From Candidatus Pacearchaeota archaeon CG10_big_fil_rev_8_21_14_0_10_34_76 (GTDB lineage Archaea; Nanobdellota; Nanobdellia; Pacearchaeales; GW2011-AR1), in contig PFDB01000002.1 in NCBI GenBank assembly GCA_002763075.1, positions 62,286 to 126,285 on the forward strand: a DNA stretch of 64,000 nucleotides. Direction: 5' to 3'. Every line of letters begins with the position of its first letter. The first letter of the stretch is position 1. Of this stretch, positions 18,448 through 27,062 are shown in pieces. Position numbers and translations under genes: made by a program. The notes under the pieces were generated by a model. That model was not told the DNA's origin, did no database searches, and saw only the letters and a list, made by a program, of their open reading frames with translations.

Positions 18448-18852
18448 ATGACAGAAGAAGTAAAAATTAGGTCAAAAGAATTGAAGTATAGGGGAAAGAG
18501 CGTTGAAGAGCTACAAGCCCTAGATGTAAGAGAGGTTGCAAAATATCTTCCAGCTAGAAGTAGAAGATCTATACTCAGACATTTTGATGTTGTTGAAAAA
18601 TTCACTAAACGATGTGAGATGAAAGAAATGAAAAATAAAAAAATAAGAACTCATCTAAGAGATATCGTCATAGTTCCCAAACTTGTTGGAAAAACTATTG
18701 AAATATATGATGGCAAAAACTATCAGATTGTCCAAATAACAGTTGAAATGATTGGTCATAGACTTGGAGAATTTGCTCAAACTAGAAAGAGAGTTGCCCA
18801 TTCATCTGCTGGAGTCGGAGCAACAAAAGGATCAAGGGCGGCAAAGAAGTAA
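18448..18852 (+). CDS. rps19: 30S ribosomal protein S19
   Basis: IRTHLRD, EMIGHRLGEF. Confidence 0.97.
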   Translation: MTEEVKIRSKELKYRGKSVEELQALDVREVAKYLPARSRRSILRHFDVVEKFTKRCEMKEMKNKKIRTHLRDIVIVPKLVGKTIEIYDGKNYQIVQITVEMIGHRLGEFAQTRKRVAHSSAGVGATKGSRAAKK

Positions 18853-18853
18853 A

Positions 18854-19477
18854 ATGGTTGAAGAAATGAAAAATAAAAAAATTGAAGAGAAAAAAGAAGA
18901 TCCTATTAGCGAGAAGAAAGAAATTCAAACTGAAAAAACTAATGAGGCTAACGTTCAAGATTCTGCTAAGGATACTGTTGAGATTGGAAAAAGTAAGGAA
19001 GGAACAAAAGAAGATGTGAAGCAAAAAACTGCAAAAATAATCAAGGGTGATAAAAAAACTGTAATTAAGAAAGAAGAGGCAATTGCTAGAGGAGTAAGTA
19101 TGCACATGTCAAAAAAACAAGGAGTATATATTTCTAGATTCATAAAGAACAAAAAGATAGATCAGGCAATTGATGATTTGAACCAAGTTATAAAGATGAA
19201 AAAAGTTGTTCCATTTAAAGGAGAAATTCCACATAGGAAAGGGAAGGGAATGATGTCTGGAAGATATCCCGTTAAAGCATCTGGGTTTGTCATAAAGGTT
19301 CTTAAGGGGCTTAAGGGCAATGTAATTACAAATGGAATGGATCTTGAAAATAGCGTAATATATTATGCTTCTGCAAGTTGGGCTGCAAGACCACAGAGAA
19401 GAGGTGGAATGCTAGCTAAAAGAACTAATATGATAATCAAAGCAAAGGAGATAACGGAGAAAAAGAAAAATGGATGA
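18854..19477 (+). CDS. rpl22: 50S ribosomal protein L22 with charged N-terminal extension
   Basis: GRYPVKAS, VPFKGEIPHRKG; start moved to ATG 18854. Confidence 0.93.
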   Translation: MVEEMKNKKIEEKKEDPISEKKEIQTEKTNEANVQDSAKDTVEIGKSKEGTKEDVKQKTAKIIKGDKKTVIKKEEAIARGVSMHMSKKQGVYISRFIKNKKIDQAIDDLNQVIKMKKVVPFKGEIPHRKGKGMMSGRYPVKASGFVIKVLKGLKGNVITNGMDLENSVIYYASASWAARPQRRGGMLAKRTNMIIKAKEITEKKKNG

Positions 19478-20156
19478 AAAGAAATTTGTAGGGTTTAAAG
19501 AAGAAGAATTAGGAGTCAGAGAATACATAAAGGGCGCTCTTGGAAAGGGAAGGATAAGCGAGGTCCTGATAGAATATACTCCAGTTGGTGAAAAAATTAT
19601 TGTTGAGACAAATCGTCCTGGATTAGTCATAGGTAGAAAGGGAGAGAGAATTGAAGAACTTACGACAACGCTCAAGAAAAGATTCAAATTGGATAACCCT
19701 CATATTGAGATAAGAGATATTACAAATGAAATGCTAGATGCTCAATTAGTCGCTGATAGTATTGCAATTAATCTTGAAAGAAAAGGTTCTTTAAAATTCA
19801 AGCTTATAGCTTATAGAACTCTTCAAGATATAGTGAAAGCAGGAGCAATAGGTGTCGAGATTGTGCTTTCTGGAAAGCTTCCAGGAGATAGAGCAAAGAC
19901 ATGGAGATTTAGTCATGGATATCTTAAGAAAACAGGAGATCCTGCTAAGGTTGTAAGAAGAGCTATGTCTCAGGCAAGGACTCAGCAAGGAGTTGTTGGA
20001 GTTAAGGTAAGCATTCTTCCTCCTGATGCCCATATCCATGATAGGATTGATGTGAATGAGGAATTATTATCTAGGATAAAAATAGATGAAGTTGAAGAGA
20101 TTGAAGAAGAAAAACCTAAACGCAAAAAGGCGAAAAAATTGGAGGCAAAGAAATAA
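19470..20156 (+). CDS. rps3: 30S ribosomal protein S3
   Basis: RPGLVIGRKG KH motif, GVEIVLSGKL. Confidence 0.97.
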   Translation: MDEKKFVGFKEEELGVREYIKGALGKGRISEVLIEYTPVGEKIIVETNRPGLVIGRKGERIEELTTTLKKRFKLDNPHIEIRDITNEMLDAQLVADSIAINLERKGSLKFKLIAYRTLQDIVKAGAIGVEIVLSGKLPGDRAKTWRFSHGYLKKTGDPAKVVRRAMSQARTQQGVVGVKVSILPPDAHIHDRIDVNEELLSRIKIDEVEEIEEEKPKRKKAKKLEAKK

Positions 20157-20360
20157 ATGGCAATTTTAAGATCTAAGGATATAAGAAAAATGGATGAAAA
20201 AAACAGAAAAGAAAGATTAAAAGACTTGAGGATGGAACTTACTAAAGCGAATGTCACAGCTCATAAAACCAATGCTAAGACCAAAGAGATTAAAAGGGCT
20301 ATTGCTCGCATACTCACAATTACCAAAGCTGAAAAATCAGCAAAGGTAATAAGCAAATAG
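20157..20360 (+). CDS. rpl29: 50S ribosomal protein L29
   Basis: MAILRSKDIRKM...IKRAIARILT. Confidence 0.93.
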   Translation: MAILRSKDIRKMDEKNRKERLKDLRMELTKANVTAHKTNAKTKEIKRAIARILTITKAEKSAKVISK

Positions 20361-20362
20361 CA

Positions 20363-20665
20363 ATGGAGATAGATCCAAAAACGGGTTTACCTGTTGAAGC
20401 TATCGCGTGGGAAGACCTCGCTAAAAGCGAGCAGAAGATAACTGTCCGAACAGAAAAACGAAGGTACGGGAAGGTAATCACCATCGTATCTGGCTTCGAC
20501 AAAGGAATCGACGTGAAAGGCACTGCAAAAGCCTTAAAAGCGGCGCTTGCTTGCGGAGGAACTGTAAAGGACGGGAACATTGAGCTCCAAGGGGAGCACA
20601 AAAGACAAGTAAGACCAGTATTGGTCAAGCTTGGGTTTTCCGACGACTCGATAGACGACAGTTAA
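20363..20665 (+). CDS. sui1: Translation initiation factor aIF1 (SUI1)
   Basis: RRYGKVITIVSG, LACGGTVKDGNIELQGEH. Confidence 0.95.
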   Translation: MEIDPKTGLPVEAIAWEDLAKSEQKITVRTEKRRYGKVITIVSGFDKGIDVKGTAKALKAALACGGTVKDGNIELQGEHKRQVRPVLVKLGFSDDSIDDS

Positions 20666-20679
20666 AGAGGAGATAAACA

Positions 20680-20991
20680 ATGGAGAAAATGGAAAAGAAA
20701 AACACAGAGAGAAAAAGGCTAGTTGGAACTAGGGGAAGAACATTCAAGGGCAAGGTAGTTAAGAAATTTGAAAAAAGAATTGTTGTTGACTTAGAAAGAA
20801 CTGTAAAAATCAAAAAATATGAAAGATTTATGAAAAAGAAAACAAGAATTCATGCAAGAATCCTCGATGGAACAGACGTGCATGTGGGAGATGTTGTTAA
20901 GGTTAGAGAGTGTAGACCACTTAGCAAAATAACTCATTTCATGTTTGTTGAGAAATTGAGTTCTGAAAACAATACGGGAGATAAAAAATGA
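20680..20991 (+). CDS. rps17: 30S ribosomal protein S17
   Basis: RGRTFKGKVV, KYERF, ECRPLSK. Confidence 0.96.
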   Translation: MEKMEKKNTERKRLVGTRGRTFKGKVVKKFEKRIVVDLERTVKIKKYERFMKKKTRIHARILDGTDVHVGDVVKVRECRPLSKITHFMFVEKLSSENNTGDKK

Positions 20992-21389
20992 AAGCAATAC
21001 CTGCAAGAGCCACAAGAGCATTGAACATTGGAAGCCATGTTTTAGCAAGTGACAATAGTGGAGCAAGAATTGTGAAGATTGTTGGTGTGAAGAGGGGAAA
21101 AACGAGAAAGGGAACACAACAATATGCTAAGTTAGCAGATCATGTTAAAGTTTCTGTGAGGGCTGGAAAACCTGAAATGAAAGGGCAAGTATTTGATGCT
21201 ATAATCATAAGGCAAAAGAAACCATTTAGGAGAAATACGGGTGAGAGAATCATGTTCGAAGACAATGCAGTAGTCTTATTAAAAGATGATAAAGGAAATC
21301 CAAAGGGGACTCAGATTAAAGGCCCCATAGCAAGAGAAGTAGCTGAAAGGTGGAAAGCAGTTTCTAAGATTGCGCAATTTGTATTATAA
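20988..21389 (+). CDS. rpl14: 50S ribosomal protein L14
   Basis: SDNSGAR, FEDNAVV, PKGTQIKGPIARE. Confidence 0.97.
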   Translation: MKAIPARATRALNIGSHVLASDNSGARIVKIVGVKRGKTRKGTQQYAKLADHVKVSVRAGKPEMKGQVFDAIIIRQKKPFRRNTGERIMFEDNAVVLLKDDKGNPKGTQIKGPIAREVAERWKAVSKIAQFVL

Positions 21390-21392
21390 AAA

Positions 21393-21845
21393 ATGAAAAA
21401 AGAATTTTCAACATCGTGGAATGGAAGCAAGCAGCCCAGGAAGCAAAGGAAATATACATACAATGCTCCGTTACATCTTAGGCATAAGTTTTTAAGCACT
21501 AATTTGTCAAAAGAATTGAGAAAGAAGTATGGCAAGAGGAACCTCCCTTTGCGAAAGGGTGACGAAGTGCTTGTCATGCGCGGAAACTTCGCAAAGAAGA
21601 AGGCCAAAGTAATTTCTATAGATATAAAGAGAACAAGAATTATCCTTGAAAATATAAATCGCGCCAAGAAAGATGGCACAAAGATAAGTGTTCAATTTAG
21701 TCCGAAGAACCTACAAATTCAGTCTCTTAATCTTGAGGATAAGAAAAGATTTAAGAGGTCTATTGTTAAGGAAATGCCTTCTAAACCACCAATTAAACAA
21801 CCAGAGGAGAGAAAAAATGTACCTGACAAGAGCGGAAACAAGTAG
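21393..21845 (+). CDS. rpl24: 50S ribosomal protein L24
   Basis: SKQPRKQRK, LRKGDEVLVMRG. Confidence 0.96.
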   Translation: MKKEFSTSWNGSKQPRKQRKYTYNAPLHLRHKFLSTNLSKELRKKYGKRNLPLRKGDEVLVMRGNFAKKKAKVISIDIKRTRIILENINRAKKDGTKISVQFSPKNLQIQSLNLEDKKRFKRSIVKEMPSKPPIKQPEERKNVPDKSGNK

Positions 21846-22440
21846 TAAAATTCCAATTCCAAGAAAAGGAACAAGATATTTAGCTAGGGCCCTGAGTCAT
21901 GTTAGGGATGGGGTGCCTGCAGTAATAGCATTAAGAGATATGATAGGGTTGGCTGAAACTGCTAGAGAGGTTAAACTATTGATAAAATCAGAATCTTTAA
22001 AAATAAATGGGAAGATTGTGAGGGATTATAGAGAAAGTATAAGGCTGTTTAATATTTTTGAAGCTGGAGACAAGAAATACAAGTTGACAATTCTTCCTAC
22101 AGGAAGATGGAATTTTGAAGAGACTTCAAGTAGCGAGAGATTGTGCAAAATACTCAACAAGAAAATTCTTACTTCTGGAAAAATTCAAATCAACTTGCAT
22201 GACGGATCAAATCTGATTTCTAAAAAACAAATGAATATTGGAGATTCATTATTGATTGGCACTGATGGAAAAATTATAGATGAAATTCCGCTTAAGAAAG
22301 GTGGCAAAGCATTTGTTTATTCTGGAAAGAGTGTTGGGCTTACTGGGACAATAGAAAATATCAATGAAAAGAAAATTTTAATTAAACTGGGAGACAAGGT
22401 CACTGAGCTTTATCAGAGCCATGTGATAGCCATAAAATGA
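21817..22440 (+). CDS. rps4e: 30S ribosomal protein S4e (divergent, short)
   Basis: IPRKG, LRDMIGLAETAREVK, QINLHDGSN; start moved to ATG 21817. Confidence 0.9.
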   Translation: MYLTRAETSSKIPIPRKGTRYLARALSHVRDGVPAVIALRDMIGLAETAREVKLLIKSESLKINGKIVRDYRESIRLFNIFEAGDKKYKLTILPTGRWNFEETSSSERLCKILNKKILTSGKIQINLHDGSNLISKKQMNIGDSLLIGTDGKIIDEIPLKKGGKAFVYSGKSVGLTGTIENINEKKILIKLGDKVTELYQSHVIAIK

Positions 22441-22943
22441 ATGTAATGATGAAACCGAGGCTTGTGAAAGTGATATTGAGTGCTGGAGCTACAGGACAGG
22501 AATTGGAAAAATCAGCAAAACTATTGGAAATTGTAACTCAGAAAAAAGCTCAGATTATAAAGGCTGGACCAAATACCAGAATTCCTGCGTTTAGTGTTAG
22601 GCCTGGGCTTGAATTAGGAACAAGAGTCACTCTGCGTGGAGAGGATGCAATAAAACTTCTAAGAAGACTTTTGGGAGCGATAGATAATACCCTGAGCAAG
22701 AAGCAAATAGAAAATAATCATTTTTCATTTGGAATAAAAGAATATATTGAAATTCCTGATATGGAATATATTAGGGAAATTGGTATTAAGGGATTTAATG
22801 TTACTGTTGTTTTTGAACGTGCTGGAACAAGAGTCAAGAAGAGGAAAATAAAGAGGGGGCGTATTCCTGGAAGACAACACGTTTCTAAAGAAGAGATAAT
22901 TAAATTTATGGAAGATAATTTCAAAACAGGGATGGAAAATTAA
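22437..22943 (+). CDS. rpl5: 50S ribosomal protein L5
   Basis: RVTLRG, FSFGIKEYIEIP, IGIKGFNV. Confidence 0.96.
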   Translation: MNVMMKPRLVKVILSAGATGQELEKSAKLLEIVTQKKAQIIKAGPNTRIPAFSVRPGLELGTRVTLRGEDAIKLLRRLLGAIDNTLSKKQIENNHFSFGIKEYIEIPDMEYIREIGIKGFNVTVVFERAGTRVKKRKIKRGRIPGRQHVSKEEIIKFMEDNFKTGMEN

Positions 22944-22944
22944 G

Positions 22945-23175
22945 ATGACTGCAAGCGATTGGAACAAAATATTGAAACAGCTTAAAAGTAAGCCGGAAAT
23001 TGCAAAAAAGTTTACAAAACATAATAAACCAAAGGATAGAAATATGGGTGTCGCTGCACAAAAGTGTAAAAGATGTGGTAGATTTGGGGCACATTTAAAC
23101 CAATATAATATTCACTTGTGCAGACATTGTTTCAGAGAAATAGCGGAGGAAATAGGATTTAAAAAATATAGTTAA
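22945..23175 (+). CDS. rps14: 30S ribosomal protein S14
   Basis: CKRCG...LCRHCFREIAEEIGFKKY. Confidence 0.95.
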   Translation: MTASDWNKILKQLKSKPEIAKKFTKHNKPKDRNMGVAAQKCKRCGRFGAHLNQYNIHLCRHCFREIAEEIGFKKYS

Positions 23176-23176
23176 A

Positions 23177-23554
23177 ATGAGAAAAGACATAGTTGCAGAC
23201 GGATTGAATCAAATAATGAATGCGAAAAGGGCAAATAAAGAAATTGTTACTCTTAAATTTCATTCAAAGGTGTTACTCTCGATTCTCGCGGTTGGTAAAC
23301 TTAAGGGGTACATAAAAGATTATAGGGTAAAGGGTAAGGAAATTGAAATTGAAACTGGGGGAAAATTGAATGCTTGTAAAGCAGTTAAGCCAAGATACGT
23401 CGTTAAAGCAATGGATATTCAGAAATATGTAAGAAGATATCTTCCTGCAAGGGACATGGGAGTGTTGATCATATCCACTAATAAAGGATTGATGACTCAT
23501 CAAACTGCTATAGATCAAAATGTAGGAGGGAATGTTATAGCATATTTCTATTAA
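23177..23554 (+). CDS. rps8: 30S ribosomal protein S8
   Basis: YLPARDMGVLIISTNKGLMTH. Confidence 0.96.
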   Translation: MRKDIVADGLNQIMNAKRANKEIVTLKFHSKVLLSILAVGKLKGYIKDYRVKGKEIEIETGGKLNACKAVKPRYVVKAMDIQKYVRRYLPARDMGVLIISTNKGLMTHQTAIDQNVGGNVIAYFY

Positions 23555-23555
23555 A

Positions 23556-24098
23556 ATGAAAAATAAAATAATAGAACAAATAGAAATCCCTGAAGGAATT
23601 GAATGCAGTTATGAAAGCAAGATTTTTACTTGTAAGAAAGGCGGAGATGAAACAAGCAGATTAGTGGATATTCCAGGAAGTGTCTTAGAGATAAAGGATG
23701 GGAAAGTTACAATAACTTGTAATAAGGCGAATAGAAAAGAGCGCGCAGTTTTGGTGACGTTCATTAAGCATATTTCTAATATGTTCAAGGGATTAGAAGA
23801 GAAGTTTGTTTATGAACTTGAGATATGTAATGTTCATTTTCCAATGAATGTCAAAATAGAAAAATCAGAAGTCGTTATAGACAATTTTTTGGGAGAGAAA
23901 TATAAGAGAAGAGCAGATATCAGACAGGGAGTGGATGTTGATGTCAATGGCAATGTAATCAAAGTATCTGGAATAAACATAGAGTCAGTTGGGCAAACTG
24001 CTGCAAATATAGAAAAAGCTACAAAAGTTTCAAATAAAGACAGAAGAATTTTCCAAGATGGAATATTTATTACTTCTAAAAATGGGAGGAAAATCTAA
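23556..24098 (+). CDS. rpl6: 50S ribosomal protein L6
   Basis: HFPMNV, NFLGEK, DRRIFQDGIFI. Confidence 0.96.
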   Translation: MKNKIIEQIEIPEGIECSYESKIFTCKKGGDETSRLVDIPGSVLEIKDGKVTITCNKANRKERAVLVTFIKHISNMFKGLEEKFVYELEICNVHFPMNVKIEKSEVVIDNFLGEKYKRRADIRQGVDVDVNGNVIKVSGINIESVGQTAANIEKATKVSNKDRRIFQDGIFITSKNGRKI

Positions 24099-24451
24099 TG
24101 GCAAAAAAATTCATTAGAAGAGATAGCCATAGGTTCTCAAAATTAGGTAGGGGGAGAAAAAAATTACAGAAATGGAGAGGAGCAAAAGGAAGAGATAATA
24201 AGATCAGAGAGAAAAGGTTTAGCTATCCTTCTGCTCCGTCTGTGGGTTATAAGAATAGCAGAGCTCAGAAAGGCAAGATAAAGAACCTTATTCCAATTGT
24301 TGTCAGAAACTTGAAAGATCTTCAAAACGCAAATAAAGAGAATATAATTATAATTGGAAAAGTTGGGGCAAAGAAGAGAATAGATATCATGAAAAAAACA
24401 AATGAAATGAAATTAGAGATTGTTAATGTGCGGAAGGAGAAGAAAGAATGA
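24098..24451 (+). CDS. rpl32e: 50S ribosomal protein L32e
   Basis: KFIRRDS, WRGAKGRDNKIR, PSVGY. Confidence 0.93.
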   Translation: MAKKFIRRDSHRFSKLGRGRKKLQKWRGAKGRDNKIREKRFSYPSAPSVGYKNSRAQKGKIKNLIPIVVRNLKDLQNANKENIIIIGKVGAKKRIDIMKKTNEMKLEIVNVRKEKKE

Positions 24452-24858
24452 ATATAGGGAAAAAACGTGAACTTATTGCAAGAACATTGGGTGTTGGGAA
24501 AGCGAGAGTTAGGTTAAACAAAGAAAGATTGGACGAGCTAAAAGATGCAATAACTAGACAAGATGTACGTGACCTCTTGGATGCAAAGGCCATAATGATT
24601 AATGATCCAAAAGGTCGAAGAACACAAATAAAAAGGAAAACTAGAAGGAGAAAAGGAAGTATAAAGAAAAAAGTGAATAATCGAAAAGAAGAGTATATGA
24701 TAATTACAAGAAAGCTAAGAGCTTACATAAAAGAACTTAGAAGAAAGGATAAATTGAGTAGTGAAGATTATATCAAGCTTAGAAAGGAAATAAGAGCCAG
24801 AGACTTTAAAAGCAAGGCTCAAATTAAAGAAAGAATAGGGGGCATGAACAAGGAATAA
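24448..24858 (+). CDS. rpl19e: 50S ribosomal protein L19e
   Basis: LGVGKARV, AITRQDVRDL. Confidence 0.94.
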   Translation: MNIGKKRELIARTLGVGKARVRLNKERLDELKDAITRQDVRDLLDAKAIMINDPKGRRTQIKRKTRRRKGSIKKKVNNRKEEYMIITRKLRAYIKELRRKDKLSSEDYIKLRKEIRARDFKSKAQIKERIGGMNKE

Positions 24859-25349
24859 TGGACAAAATAGGAAGAACTATAAGAAGAAGAAGAAGAGAAG
24901 GAAAAACAGATTACAAGGCAAGACTTGGAGTCATCAAATCCTCTCTTCCAAGAATTGTAATCCGAAAGACAAACAGATACATAATTGCTCAACTGGTTGA
25001 AACAGATATTGCACAAGATAAAATTATTGTGAGCGTAAGTTCAAAAGATTTGTTGGGCAAGGGATGGCCAAAGGAACTTGAGGGTAGTCTTAAAAATCTT
25101 AGTGCTGCTTATTTGACAGGAATTTTGTTAGCAAATAAAGCAAAAAAGAAAGAGAAATGTATTTTAGATATTGGGTTGCAGAGAAATATTCATAGGGGCA
25201 GATTATATGCAACATTAAAAGGGCTTATAGATGGAGGAATGGAAATACCCCATAATCAAGATTGTCTTCCTGATGAAGAAATGCTCTCTTCAAATAAGAA
25301 AACATCTGAAATATTAAAAACTGTAAGGGAGAAAATAAAACATGGCTGA
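24858..25349 (+). CDS. rpl18: 50S ribosomal protein L18
   Basis: RRRREGKTDYKAR, AAYLTG, LDIGL. Confidence 0.96.
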   Translation: MDKIGRTIRRRRREGKTDYKARLGVIKSSLPRIVIRKTNRYIIAQLVETDIAQDKIIVSVSSKDLLGKGWPKELEGSLKNLSAAYLTGILLANKAKKKEKCILDIGLQRNIHRGRLYATLKGLIDGGMEIPHNQDCLPDEEMLSSNKKTSEILKTVREKIKHG

Positions 25350-26157
25350 AAGAGAAAATAAAAACCAACCAAAAAATCTTATTGAACCTACTCCAGAGAA
25401 TTTAGATCTCAATGAAGAATTAATCATAGAGCCTGCGTTGAAAGAGGAAGAGGCTAAACGTGAGCCAACATTAGCTGAGAAGAGAGTTTCAAGAGAAAAA
25501 CAAGAAAAGGAAGATAGACTTGCATCTTGGGCTCCTATAACTCAATTAGGAAAAGATGTAAAATCTGGCAAGGAAAATAACATTGATAATATTCTTGAAA
25601 ACAGGAAGAAGATATTAGAACCTGAAATTGTAGACTATTTGTTAGGAAATCTTGAAAGCGATTTACTTTTAATAGGTCAGGCTAAAGGAAAATTTGGAGG
25701 AGGAAAGAGAAGAGCTTGGAGACAGACTCAGAAGAAAACAAAAGAAGGAAACGTATTGACCTTCTCTGCGATGGCTGTTGTCGGAGATAAAAAAGGACAT
25801 ATTGGATTAGGAACTGGAAAGGCTAAAGAAACATTACCTGCAAGAGAAAAAGCATTGAGAAAGGCAAAACTTAACTTGATAAAAATAAGAAGAGGGTGTG
25901 CTCATTTTGACTGCTCCTGTGGAGAGGATCATACAGTTCCATTTGTTGTTGAGGGAAAATCTGGAAGCGTGAGGGTGAAATTAATGCCTGCTCCTCAAGG
26001 AACTGGATTAGTCATTGGAGATGAACTAAAGAAGATGTTAAGACTAGTGGGAATAAAAGATATTTATGCATTCAGCATGGGACAGACCAGAACAACATTC
26101 AATCATGCCAAAGCATGTTTTGATGCTCTTGAAAAAACAACCAAACTTGTAAAATGA
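25342..26157 (+). CDS. rps5: 30S ribosomal protein S5
   Basis: WAPITQLG, AVVGDKKGHIGLG, PAPQGTGLV. Confidence 0.96.
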   Translation: MAERENKNQPKNLIEPTPENLDLNEELIIEPALKEEEAKREPTLAEKRVSREKQEKEDRLASWAPITQLGKDVKSGKENNIDNILENRKKILEPEIVDYLLGNLESDLLLIGQAKGKFGGGKRRAWRQTQKKTKEGNVLTFSAMAVVGDKKGHIGLGTGKAKETLPAREKALRKAKLNLIKIRRGCAHFDCSCGEDHTVPFVVEGKSGSVRVKLMPAPQGTGLVIGDELKKMLRLVGIKDIYAFSMGQTRTTFNHAKACFDALEKTTKLVK

Positions 26158-26570
26158 TACTAGTAATAAGAATATCCGGAATTGTGAAAGTCTCTGATAA
26201 GATAGAAGAATCTATGAACAGAATCAATCTTAGAAGGAAGTACTCTGCTACTTTGATAGAAGACACTCCTGAGAACAGAATGTTATTGACTAAGATAAGA
26301 AACTTTGTCGCATTTGGAGATGCAGATGATAAACTACTGGAAGAACTTATAGAAAAGAGAGGGGAAAGCACAGAAAGAAAAAAGATTGATGCTAAAGAAG
26401 TCGTGGGCAACCTTGCAAAGAAAGGCTTAAAATCTCAAGGAATGAAACCTTTCTTCAGGCTTCATCCTCCTAGAGGTGGAATTGATAGCAAGAAACATTT
26501 TGGGGTAGACAAAGGAGTTTTGGGAGACCATAAGGATAAGATAGGAAATCTTGTCAGGAGAATGTTATAA
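26154..26570 (+). CDS. rpl30: 50S ribosomal protein L30
   Basis: KPFFRLHPPRGG. Confidence 0.94.
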   Translation: MILVIRISGIVKVSDKIEESMNRINLRRKYSATLIEDTPENRMLLTKIRNFVAFGDADDKLLEELIEKRGESTERKKIDAKEVVGNLAKKGLKSQGMKPFFRLHPPRGGIDSKKHFGVDKGVLGDHKDKIGNLVRRML

Positions 26571-26571
26571 A

Positions 26572-27021
26572 ATGGTAATGAAAATAGTAAAGAAAAGAAA
26601 GAAATCTACAAGATTCAGAGGTACACATACACATGGAAGAGGTTTCAAGAAGAAGGCAAGAGGTAGTGGACACAGAGGAGGAGTTGGAATGGCTGGAACT
26701 GGAAAGAGGGGGGATCAGAAGAAAACACTCGTCACTAATCTTTATGGGGGAGATTATTTTGGAAAATCAAAAACAAGAAGAGCTGCTCCAAAGAAAATTG
26801 TGAAAATTGTTACATTACAATCAATCTTGAACAATCTTGAATCCTTAGAGAAAAAGGGAATTGCAAAAGAAGAAAGGGGAACCTATAGTGTTGATCTTAA
26901 GAAGTATAAGATTATAGGCAATACTGAGTTAGGAATCAAATTGAAAATCTTTGCAAATTCTGCCTCCAAAGGTGCTCAGGAATCCATAAAAAAATCAGGT
27001 GGAGAGATTGTTTTAGCTTAG
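26572..27021 (+). CDS. rpl15: 50S ribosomal protein L15
   Basis: RGTHTHGRG, GHRGGVGMAG; start moved to ATG 26572. Confidence 0.94.
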   Translation: MVMKIVKKRKKSTRFRGTHTHGRGFKKKARGSGHRGGVGMAGTGKRGDQKKTLVTNLYGGDYFGKSKTRRAAPKKIVKIVTLQSILNNLESLEKKGIAKEERGTYSVDLKKYKIIGNTELGIKLKIFANSASKGAQESIKKSGGEIVLA

Positions 27022-27062
27022 TAAAGCTGAAGTTTTAAAAACCTCTTGTTTGTATATTAAAT

